This document shows, piece by piece, positions 53,605 to 64,000 of a stretch of 64,000 nt of DNA. The notes below the pieces were generated by a model. That model saw only the letters and a program-made list of their open reading frames with translations, searched no databases and was not told where the DNA came from. Source of the DNA: Camelus dromedarius. Its lineage: Eukaryota. The position numbers were made by a program, and so were the translations under genes. The stretch is taken from contig NC_087436.1 in the NCBI RefSeq assembly GCF_036321535.1, positions 120,778,001 to 120,842,000 of the forward strand. Reading direction: 5' to 3'. Position 1 is the first letter of the stretch. The number at the start of each line of letters is the position of its first letter.

Positions 53605-54058
53605 AAAGATCCGTTGAGATGACTGGATAGAAAAGCTGTGGTCTGTTTATACAATGGAATCCTACTCAGCCGTGCAAAAGAATAAAATAATGCCATTGGC
53701 AGCAATGTGGATGGACCTGGAGAGCATCATCCTCAGTGAAGTTAAGCCAGGAAGAGAAAGAAAAATTACCATATGAGACCATTTACATGTGGAATCTTAA
53801 AATAAGGACACAAATGTACTTCTCTACAAAACAGAGACAGACTCAGATGTAGAAAACAAACTTATGGTCACCAGAAGGAAAAGGGGTGGGAGGGATAAAC
53901 TGGGAGCTCAGGATTCACAGATACTAACTGTCACATGTAATAGCCTGTAATGAAGAAGAATAGGGACACACACACACACACACAACTGAATCCCTGTGCT
54001 GCACACCAGAAATTAACACAACATAGTAGATTGACTATACTTCAACTTTTTTAAAAAG
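53605..54058 (+). mobile_element. LINE-1 3' end with an internal (CA)n
   Basis: GATGACTGGAT...TACAATGGAAT.CTACTCAGCC...TGGATGGACCTGGAGA.CATCAT...CAAACTTATGGTCACCAG...TTGACTATACTTCAA; similar to the sense part of the element at 21300. Confidence 0.88.
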
Positions 54059-55699
54059 GCAAACAAGACAAACAAAAAATACGAAATGCTGAGGGCCACC
54101 CTCTAGGGGAAAGGAAGCCATCCATGGAGGCCAAGAGGACAGGGCCAGCCCCACACCAAATGTCCACCAAAATGGGAGGGAAACCACGTGAGCAAACCCC
54201 AGCCAAGTGCACCCTCTGCCTGGGCACTGAGAGCTTCCACATCGGCACCAACCTAGCAGGTGAAGCATCCCAACCGAAGTCCCTCCCCACGGAAACGCCT
54301 TGGCTTTATAGGGAGGGCGTCCAGGAGAGGGGCTCACAAAAGGCCCAGACAGGGCTGGAGCCCAGAGGGGAGGGTGATCTGGGGCTCCACACGCCTACAC
54401 CACCTTAATTCAGGGCTTAGCGTGCCCAGCCCAGACTCACTAGCCCGATTCTGCGTCTCACCACTTGGATCCCAGAGCCAATCTGAGCGCTGCCCCAGCA
54501 GGGGCCAGGTGGCTCTGTCTGCAAGCTCCCCTCCCTGGACGTGTACGTGAGGCTGGCCAGTAGCGGTGTGGGAACTTGGGATTCGCCAGCCACCCCAGCG
54601 CCAAGGTTTTTCCCAGGGCTGTGCCCAGCAGCAGAGGTCCCCATCCCTCCCCTCACCCCACACCACCAGGTTGTGCCAGGACAGAGGCCAGTCCCAAGCT
54701 TGCTCTTTGGGCAAATCCTGGCCCTAGGTGAGGTTCAGTTTCCCCACTGTCGAGCTGTCCCTTGGATGGGGAGGCCTGTCCCAAATTGTTCTACCTCTCT
54801 AGTCACCCCCAAATTGAGTGCACTCCCCACCATTGTGTTTAAAGCTATTTTGCTGAGTGCCTGGAGCCTCAGTTTCCTCATCGGGAAATGGGTTCAACAT
54901 GATCCTGATTTCTCAGGGCTGCTGCAGGGACCAAGTCATCCACCTTGCACCCGCACTGACCTAGGGGAGGTTGTGGTCCATGGAAGAGTGCGGCCTGGCC
55001 ACCCAAGACCACAGCCTCACTGGCATTTCCCTCTAGGTGGCAGGGAGGGAGGAGGGGCAGTCAGGGCCTCGGCTTGGAGGGAGGACCCTGCAGCACATGC
55101 TTTCCAGAATCCAAGTCTCACTGCCTCCCATGTCTTTTCTCAAGTTCCTGGTCACAGTGACCACTGCCTCTTCCTAGATGCTCTGACCCCAAACCCTGCG
55201 CCTCCTCAACTTCTGTCCTGCAAACCTCACATCCTCTGGGTGCAAAACCGGTCATGTCTCCCCTTCCCTCTCCCCAGGCAAGAAGACAGCTTTCTTGTAG
55301 CTCAGGACCAGCTTGAATGCCTTCTTCTCCCAGCAGCCTTCCTGCCGTCAGAGGGTGCAGTGCACATTCACTGACGTGTTTACTGTCCACCCAGCCCACC
55401 CCCAAGCTCCCCCGTGGCCCCACTCTAGTGCACTGTCTCTACCCAGGGCCTAGAACCTTGCCTGGCGCAGAGAAAACACTCAAAAAATATTTGCTGATGG
55501 AGGGAATGAATCTCAGTTGGTGGCTGCACACTTGAACCCCACAAAGCCGTCGTCCATAAGGGGGAAAAACGGGGGGGATCTCGGGGACACAGGGGAGGGT
55601 GGATACAGGAGGGAACACACTCAGTTCCAACGGGTAACCTTCGGAGCGCAGCCTGTCACCTCTTTGGGGCAGCCCTCCCCACTGCGCCCTACCCTAGTT

Positions 55700-57450
55700 T
55701 CTTCCTTCTCTGCTTCCGTTGTCGCCACCACCCTGGGCTGCGCCCTCCTCCAGCGCGGGTGCGAGCTGTCCCCGCGGCTCGCGGCGCAGAGAGCGCGGGC
55801 CTGTCTGGGCGAGCGAATCGCTGAGTGTGCGGCCCGCGAAGCTGCAGGCTGGGTGCGGTTTGGGGTCTCAGGCCCTCCCGGGGCTGCGGGCGGCTCCCTC
55901 GCCCCGCGGGCCACCTGGGTTATCGCCCTCGAGACAGGCTCGGCGGGAGCACCCCGCAGAGGCAGGCGCCCGCGGCAGGTGCTGTTCCCTCCACAGCTGC
56001 TCCTGCGGCGGGGCGCGCCTGCGTCTCCGGCCCACTCGCCGGGAAGGGAGGCGGGAGGCGGACCAGCGGGGACTCGCGGTGCCGCCGCGCGGGATACGAG
56101 GCCGAGCAGGCTCACGCCGGCCTCCCGCCGCCTCCCGGCCCGGGCTCGCCCGCGCGGGGCGCCGCAGGCCCGGTTGCCGAGGTCGACGGAGGTCCCACCG
56201 CGCGGCTCGGAGCGCGGGCCAGTACCCCGCACAGCATTCCCCGGGCTCCCGCCCGCCTCGGTCCCTCCACTTGTCCTGCCGGCAGCCCCTGGGCGTTGTA
56301 AGCAGGATAAAGCGCCCCCTTCTGGATGGTGTGGGTTTCGTTCCTGATCTCGCTGGGCTTTGTTCTGACCTCTCCAGAGGGGCCGCGGGGGCTGCAGCAG
56401 GCTGCTTGGGGCTGGAGACAAAGGACTACCCCCAACTCCGTAGGAAATGCCTCCTTCTGATCCTTTCAGCAGAGCGCTAGCCAGGGGAACCCGGCCATTT
56501 GCTGATGGGACGCATCCGCGGGGACGCAGACCAGTGACCTCGCGCTGCAGACACGCACCCCGGTAGAAAGTTCCCGAAGGACCCAGAGCCCTTCCCGAGA
56601 CCGCCCGCCCCGGACGAGAATCAAGGTCCGTCGCCCTGAGGCTCCAGCCCCACCCGCAGTCCAGTCACGGGGCCGGGAAGAGAAGGCGCGGGGCTGAGCC
56701 CGCAGACCCGCGCGCGGATGCCCGGCACTAGCTAGCACTAAGCGCTCAGAAGGAGACCACGCGGGAGAAACCCTCAAGCCGGCGCGGGCTCCCGCCGCTG
56801 CTGCCCCCAAGGCCGCTGCCTTCCAGGTCACCACGGTCCCCGGGAGGCCTGCTGCTCCCGGCGCCCGCCCGCGCCGGAGGAGCCGGCGATCCCAGTGAAG
56901 CACCCGCTGCCCCACCCCTTGGTTCGCAGTCCAGCCCCAAGCGTCCCGACACTGAGTTTGCGGGGCCTTCCAGAGCAGGAGTCGGCTCCTTCCTGTCCCA
57001 AGAACGGGTGCTCCCCTTACGTCTTGGGCCTGTAAAGCCCGGGTACATGGCGAGCCACTGTCGAGGTGTTAAGGTTTTGCTTCTTCCCCGCTGCCCTCCC
57101 TGTGGACCCCCGCGGCCTCCGTGAGTCCCCGCAGCAGCTCTGCCAGAAGCCGCCTTGGGTCTCCGTTTCCCCAACAGAGAAACTGAGTTTCAGCAGAGGG
57201 AAAGGGAGGCTGAGGGCTGGGCATGGCAGGGCTGCAAATGCAGGCCCGGTTGCCCGCCTCAGTTTCCCCCACTGACCCCAGGTTGTAACCCTGTCTCTAA
57301 AATAAGCCCGGGCCTCATGGCCTGCCACCACAGCCTAGGATCCCGGGCAGAACCGGAGCGCGCAGTGGGCGAACTCCGCAGAGGTGACCACCCAAAGCCC
57401 GGGTGGCAGGGAACCCTGGTCGCCCTGAGGACAATCTGCACGACCCGACT
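55700..57450. promoter_or_regulatory. Orphan CpG island about 18 kb upstream of HMX1
   Basis: Dense CpG at 55740-56270 and 56500-56960; no recognisable protein. Confidence 0.75.
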
Positions 57451-60400
57451 GAGCCTGGCTACCCTCACCCAACTTCCTGCCCCAGTGCATTACCAGCAAC
57501 AGTGAAGTCCAACCTTAAGCCCCTACGCCCTGTTTTTGCCCTTGGGTTGGGGCTGTCGACTCAGCGCCCAGGGGCTCAGGCGCTCAGGCTTCTCCTCGTG
57601 GTTTTAAATCCCCTAAATGAAGCCACCATCTCCCACCCCGGTGACCCGGCAGCTTCTCCGCCTCTGCCCGGCGGGTCGTGGTCTCTTTCCTGCCAGGCCT
57701 GCAGGCTGCGGCCTCCTCCCGCCCCGCCCCGCCCCGGCCCCGTGGTCCAGGTCTTACCGCGGCCTTCCAGGCCCTGCGCTCCTGCTGCTCCGCGCTCCCC
57801 GCTCTGCGCTCATCACCCTGGGCCCCTCGGGGCAGGCCGCCTACCGGGGTCTCCAGGACACACTTCTACCCTGAAGGATTATCTCCCCCCCGCCCACCAG
57901 GCCCAGGCGGGGACTCGCCCCCAAAGCTGGGAACGCTGACCCTCCCCCGCCCCGCACCAGCCCTCTCGCCACCGCCACCGTGTCTGCTTATTTAACCCTC
58001 CCACCGAGCAGTGACCCTGTACCCCCCCGCCCCCCCTGCCAGGCGCTGCCGGGGGTCAGGTGGGGGTCGGGGAACGTCAGGCCGAGTCCCTGCGGTGAGT
58101 GTCAGACCCTCCTCACATCCATCCTGCCCTGCCTCTGAAGCACAGGGACGCACTGGAGACCTGGTTGTGCCCCAGACCCCGGGCCCCTCTCTCTGGGGAC
58201 TCCCTCCCCCAACAGAGCTGCCTGAACCCACGCAGCTCTGGCTACATAGTTCTGTGGCCCCGTCAAAACGAAAATGTGACCCCTTATTCACAAATTAAGA
58301 CGCATTAAGACTTTCAAGGCAGCGACGGCCAAGAGGCGCCTTCCTGAAATGAACCCAGGGCCCTTTGTGACTGGACAGGTCCCCATAAGCCCACAAAGCC
58401 AGCCCTGCCTCCAGGACTCTGGCCTTAGCCGGAACCCCACGTGGGCCTCTCTCAAAGCCCTTCCCCGTCCCGGACCCAAGGCTCAGGCCTGGGCCCTCTG
58501 CTCTCTGTGGAAGGCGGAGGGGGACACAAGTGGTGTGGGCTAGACAGAGGCTTGGAGGCCAGGCACGCAAATGGACCTGCAAGCCCTTTTGGGCCACTGG
58601 CATGCGGCCACCGCCAAGACACCCTCAGCTCCCCTGCAGCCAGAGCCAAGGGGGTCTTCCTGGAGGTGGCAGGTCTGCAGAGTTCCATCTTAAGGGAGAG
58701 CCCACTACACGCAAGACATGGGGCGCTGGGCAGCTCCGGGTTCAGCCTGCTTGCTTTGAAACCCCAGTGACCCCAGGCTGCAGGGGCCTGGCCTGTCGGG
58801 GACTGGCAACGGAAATTCAAGGGTGATTTACTGTGAGTACCGAGGTCCTGGGGAGGCCCGAGCTGGGTATTCTCCAGGGCATATGGTTTGTCAAAAAAAA
58901 AAGTGCCATATTCCTATATTTTTCAAGTGAGAGCCCAGTGGCTGTATAAATGTTAGGGCCGCCAGGGTCCAGCCGCTCCTGTGTGTTTCTAACTGTGTTT
59001 CCTTCGTGCCAGGAGTTTCCCTCTCGGACGATAGGGAGGAGAGCGTGGCCTCCAGGTGTGAGTGACGGGATGGGCTGGGGACACAGGGACCACGTCCCCA
59101 GGGGCAGCCCACGCTCTTCAAACCGCGTATTGATTTTCCCGTTTCAGCCTCACAGACTTGCCTGAGGCAGTGCCCGGTCCTTCTGGGAAAGCAGGAAGTG
59201 GAGGCCCAGAGGAGCCCGGTAGGGCACCCCAAATCCCTTGGCTGACGCTGGGCAGTGACCCTCACTCCACAGTCCACACCAGCCTGTGGGTGGATGCTGG
59301 CGTCCTTCAGACTGGACATCTCAGACCTGGGGACCCTGCGGGGCTCCGGAAACCAGAGGGACCCAGGGTCGGGTCTGTGGAGACCCACGGCCAGGCCCTT
59401 TTACCCACCTGGGGAGAGGCATCAGTTTATTCTCTCGGGGGACATGCCTCCCTCGAAGGCAGGAGAAACCTTGGAGTCAGCTGAGGCCACAGCTCACCCC
59501 ACCCCCCGGCTGTGCCTGCAGACTAGGCGCTGCTCCCGCACTGGGAAACGGTTCTCTTCTCCGGCCTGGGACTGCACCCCAGCTCTGCATCGGCCCCTCT
59601 GGGCCTCGGTTTCCCTCCCTGTAGAGGGGTGGCGGGCAGGGCTGTAACTTGAGTCCCGGCAGCCACAGGACGAAGCCGACTTTTTCCTCGAGAGGTATTT
59701 CCAGGGAAAGGGTGTAAGTGGGCGGTGACCCTTCCCCAGCCTGGGATTCAGCACCCCCATGCCTCTCCTGATGCATGAGGACCTAGACTTTCCGGGTTCC
59801 TGGCAGTTACAGGAAGCACTAGGGAGCTTTGTCAGGTGTGTGTCGGGGCTGGTAGGGCCTGGGGGTCTTGGAGTCCACCGGTCCAGCCCGACACTCCACC
59901 CCTGCTGCCAAGACCCTCAGGAGAAGCTAAGTTCCCACAGGCAGCCCACCCCTGACCCATCCAGCTCTCCCAGCCCACAGCTGGGCTGCAGGAGGTGGAC
60001 AAGACAGGAACCCGGGACCGTGTGTGCACCTGGGCCTGGACCCCACTGGGGACACCAGGCCCTCTAACCCTTGCCCTTACACCTGTCAACAGTGAAGGAT
60101 GGAGTTCCCTAGAGACCGGGGTGACAAGAAATCTGGGAGAGGGAGGTGCATTCCAGGGTAAGCCATCCGTTTCCCACTCCTTACGGGGAGGTGGGACGGG
60201 GTGGGACGTGCAAGGCGGGTGCTTCTGCAAATCTGGTGACTGAGTTCTCCAAACAACTCCGAGGTAGCAAGCCGCCTTCTGTCGCCTGACCAGGAAACAG
60301 AGGTGCAGAGAGGTTAGGGAACTCACTAACGCCACACAGCAGCAGAGAGAGTGGATTCGAATCCAGGAAGCTGGACTGCTGTCTGCTCCCGGCCTCTGCA

Positions 60401-63400
60401 CGCGTGCACAATCGGTGGCGAAAACACCCAGCGAGCTTGGAGGTGCGGGGCAGAAAGCCTGACCCAGAAGATGTGAATACAAACCCATTTCCTTCAAGCT
60501 TTGATTGATTTCCCTTCAAGAGCTCCTGCATTATGCAAAGCTCGGGCTCTGAAGGGCAGCCGATTTAAATGGAAATAAGTCCGGAAAAAACAAATCAACA
60601 GAGCCCCATGTTTAATTCGCTGGAAAAGCACAGCGCAATCTCCGATTAAGTCAGGGCGGAAAAGGACCGATTTAGAGGCAACTCTGCAAAGCTGTTAACC
60701 CTCCTCCCAGGGGTCTCCAGCATCGCCGGGTCCTTCATGAGATCACTTCCCATCCTGCAGGAAAGTGGATGTTACCAGGGAAACGGGAGAGTTTTCAATT
60801 TCTCCCCCTAAGGAGTCTGGTTTTTTTCAAAGGAGCACTTTTAGGGGTAGTTCACCCAGAAGTGGAGCCTCAGGCAGCAGTTTCCAAGCAGCATCATATT
60901 CTCTGCCAAAAGTAACACATACGTACCCCGCCCCCGCCCCGCCCCTACCCCCCGCCCCGTCCATACATCCCTTCCTTCCTTCTTTCTTCTATCAGAGATT
61001 GTCTCCTGGGTGCCTGGATGCGCTGATTGATCACTAGTCCAGTTTCTGGAAGCGTGACAGCTAGCACGCAACTTGGGTCCTGCCTGCGTGGGCCTCGTGG
61101 CTGTTAGATCACGAGGTCACCTCACTTGGCCTGTGAGGCAGCTCACTGGCTGTCTTCATTTTAGAAACACGGAAGCGGAGGCCCACAGGGGTGAAGTGAT
61201 TTGCCCTAAGGTTGCCCAGCAAATAGGGAGTTTCCTTAACCTGACACCGAACCCTTCCCACCAGGTCCTGCTCTCCAGCTTCCCTTGCAAGCCCTCTCAC
61301 ACACCACTCTGCGCTCCTGCAGGTCGTTGGGCCAGGCTCACCCCACCACTGTGCCTTCGCACCTCCCGGTCACGCCCGTCCTCCTCGCCACTCTAGGAAG
61401 TCGATTCATTGTTGAAAACACCCACATCGCTGAGAGTGCGCGCATCCTCTGTGCGTGGAGATTTTCTAGCCTCATCCCTGCTCTGTCCCATCATGGCCTT
61501 TGTGAGCTCCTCTCTCCACTCACCAGCTCTTGGCCCCAGGGCTGATCCAACTGCACGCTGGGCCCCAGCCCTGAGCAAGCCCAGAGCCAGGCCCACGTGG
61601 CCATCTTAATTGTAGACCCACCCAGGTGAATGAACCGCGTCTGAAGAGAAAGGGACGGGTAAGCGATGGAAGGGAGAGGAGGCGTGTCTGGTGCGCGGTG
61701 GGGACCAGGGTGGCATTAGGGGTCTCAGGAGATGACAGCCGGAAGGTTTTGGGACCACTTGAGGTGGGGAGGGGACTGGCTGAGGAAGGAAGGGGCTAAA
61801 GGAGTTTGAACACAATGATGTCATCACCTGCCGTGGTTTTAATTAGACTCTGGCACCGCTCAGCACCCCTTTGGAGCTGAAAGTACTTTGGTTTCTATCT
61901 GCTGATCAAATGTGGGAGGAAACCCAGAAAAAATACCATCCGTATTGGCGTCAGAGCACGTTTTTGGCTCTAGACCTGAGATCCGCTTTGTGTTCGTCTC
62001 AGCTCACAACAGTGTGTCTTTCCCGTCTGGAAACGTGCGAATGATGCTTAGGAGGCGGAGGTGAAGCTGGTTCCCGCTTAAAGCTTAGGCTTGCTTAGAG
62101 CAACGCCATTTTCCTGTGTTTCCTGGGAGGGGCCAGAGGGAGACAGCTGGGCACCGTGGGTCATCGCTTTAAAAACACATCTTAAAACTATGAGCGTCCC
62201 CATCCCCAGAGCCGCTGGACCGCGAGGCTCACACCGAGCCAGCTTCTCGGCGCTGCTGGGTCTTCCCTGTCACGGGCCCTGGGCACCTGGCATTCAACAG
62301 CTTGCTCCCTGCTCCTCCAGGTGAGGGACTGTTGAGCCCGTCTGACAGCGGGGAAGACGGAGCTGGGTGCAGAGCCGTCGGTGGACTAGCAACGGGACCA
62401 GATCGCTGCTCCCTCTTGACGTGACTTTGTAAACCAGGGTTGAGCGTCTCCTGTCCTGGCTGGAAGCTCTGCTGGGGCCCCTGGCCCGTGGTCCAGGCCC
62501 GCCAGACTCACACATAGCGGATCTCGCGGTGCAGTTTGTGTCCGTGAGTTCAGCCACAATGAAGGTGTTGGTGTGTCCAGCTTTCCTGACCCTCGCCTAT
62601 GGGTGGGGAAGCTACCGCCTCTTGCTGCAAGAATTTTCTCTTAGCAACTGCTCCCTGTCCACCCCTCTTCAGGGAGGGAGGGAGAGGAGGCCAGTCTGAC
62701 CGCAGCAGAACTCGTCCGCCCCCATCTGCCTCAGAAGGAGCCCTGGGCTGGGGGTCAGTGGGGGCCCGGCTTCCCTCCCTCCCTCTTTCTCCTGCTCTCC
62801 ATAAGGCATGTCCCCTCCTCCCCATAAGGCATGTCCCCTCCTCCCGGTCCTGGGCCTCAAGCAGAGCCCCCTCCTCCAAGGAGTAGGACAGATGTCTGAG
62901 ATGGCACTGGCCCTGCGAGCATCCAGTGGACAAGCCCCAAGACAGTGCCAGGGCCTGGGCACCTCACAGGGGGACGGAGGCCCAGAGAGAAGGACCCTAA
63001 GAAGTTTCTCCATGAACACCAAGCGGCCTTAAGCCTGCACACGTGGGGCTGAGAGTCCTGTCGCTCCCCGACTCACCCCCTCGGCACCCTGAGTCTCGCT
63101 TTGTATAGCAACCGAAGGGCTCCTCTGAAAAAGTGTCTGGAAGGTGCCAGACACGGCAAGCGCCCCCTGCAGGGTGACCTGTGTGATGCTGGCTAAGCTG
63201 GCACTTCCCGAACTCACCACGCACAGGGAGCCCTTGTCCTGAGTGTTGGGGGAGGGGCAGAAACCACCCCGGTTGTTGAACAGAGAATTCTCTATCAAGA
63301 ACTGCCAACCAGGTACCAGAGAACTGAAAAGGCAGAAAGAGACTCTAAGATGCCAAGAGGCAGCCACTGAGGGAAGGGGCTGCGCCCTGGGTCTGGGACA

Positions 63401-63639
63401 ACAGGGGAAGAGGAGGAGGATGTGTGACGAGTGCCCCCTGCCCCCGGGATGGGGAAACCCCAAACTGGGCCAGGGGTCAGCCACTGGTGGTGCAGCCGTG
63501 GAGCGGGAGCAGACAAGGGGCAGGCTTCCTCTGTGTGGACGTCTCCCCTGCAAATTCCACCTAGAAGCTTCCATCACACAGTGAACTGCCCCAGGATGGG
63601 CCCCGCCCTCACTGCCGCGCCCGCACGCACCTGGCACAG

Positions 63640-63985
63640 ACCAGCATTTACCAGGTGCCTTGAGTTCCTGAGGCTGGGTGCCTGCGGAAACAACACAGGC
63701 TTCTCTCGAAGCTCTGGAGGCTGGAAGTGTGGAATCCTGGAATCGGGGTGCGGCAGGCCTGCGCTCCCTCGAGGGGTGCTGGGGGAGGGCTCCAGGTGCA
63801 TCTGGGCTCAGGCCACAGCGCCCCAATCTCTGCTTCCATCAGAGGCCCTCTCCCCTGGGTCTGTGTCCACATCTCCCTTACTTTTCTCTTATAAGGACAC
63901 CAGCCCCTGGGTTTAGGTCACACTTTACTCTAAGGTGAACTCAGCCCAAGAACTTTCTTACTTACTCCTGCAAAGACTCTTTTTC
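63640..63985 (-). mobile_element. MaLR LTR remnant (MLT1-type)
   Basis: CTCTGGAGGCTGGAAGT...TCTCTGCTTCCATC...TCTTATAAGGACACCAG...CTGCAAAGACTCT. Confidence 0.7.
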
Positions 63986-64000
63986 TTTTCTTTTTTTAAA

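Overview
Mammalian genomic DNA, visibly GC-rich and gene-poor, most likely from a camelid: it carries three short tRNA-derived SINEs resembling Vic-1. The only supportable protein-coding gene is the homeobox gene HMX1 (H6/NKX5-3) on the minus strand. It has two coding exons (37490-37097 and 34351-33696; 1050 nt, 349 aa), a 2745-bp GT-AG intron, and an AATAAA signal at 32995-32990. The gene sits in an archipelago of CpG islands spanning about 23-57 kb. The rest of the window is old LINE-1, MaLR/ERVL LTR, MIR and hAT fragments, younger L1 3' ends, microsatellites, and several non-repetitive AT-rich or homeodomain-motif-dense blocks that look like candidate enhancers. I found no prokaryotic-type system, CRISPR array or second gene; nearly all long ORFs in the track are GC-rich shadow frames. 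I cannot support a wholly new biological system. The best leads are a compact Pbx/Hox-Meis-TAATTG cluster with a perfect 10-bp inverted repeat at 8246-8326, other candidate enhancers, a twin-primed L1 with a 48-bp inverted duplication, a pure (GCC)8 poly-Ala tract in HMX1, and a CPE next to the HMX1 poly(A) signal. Repeat family names are by-eye recognition and repeat boundaries are approximate.
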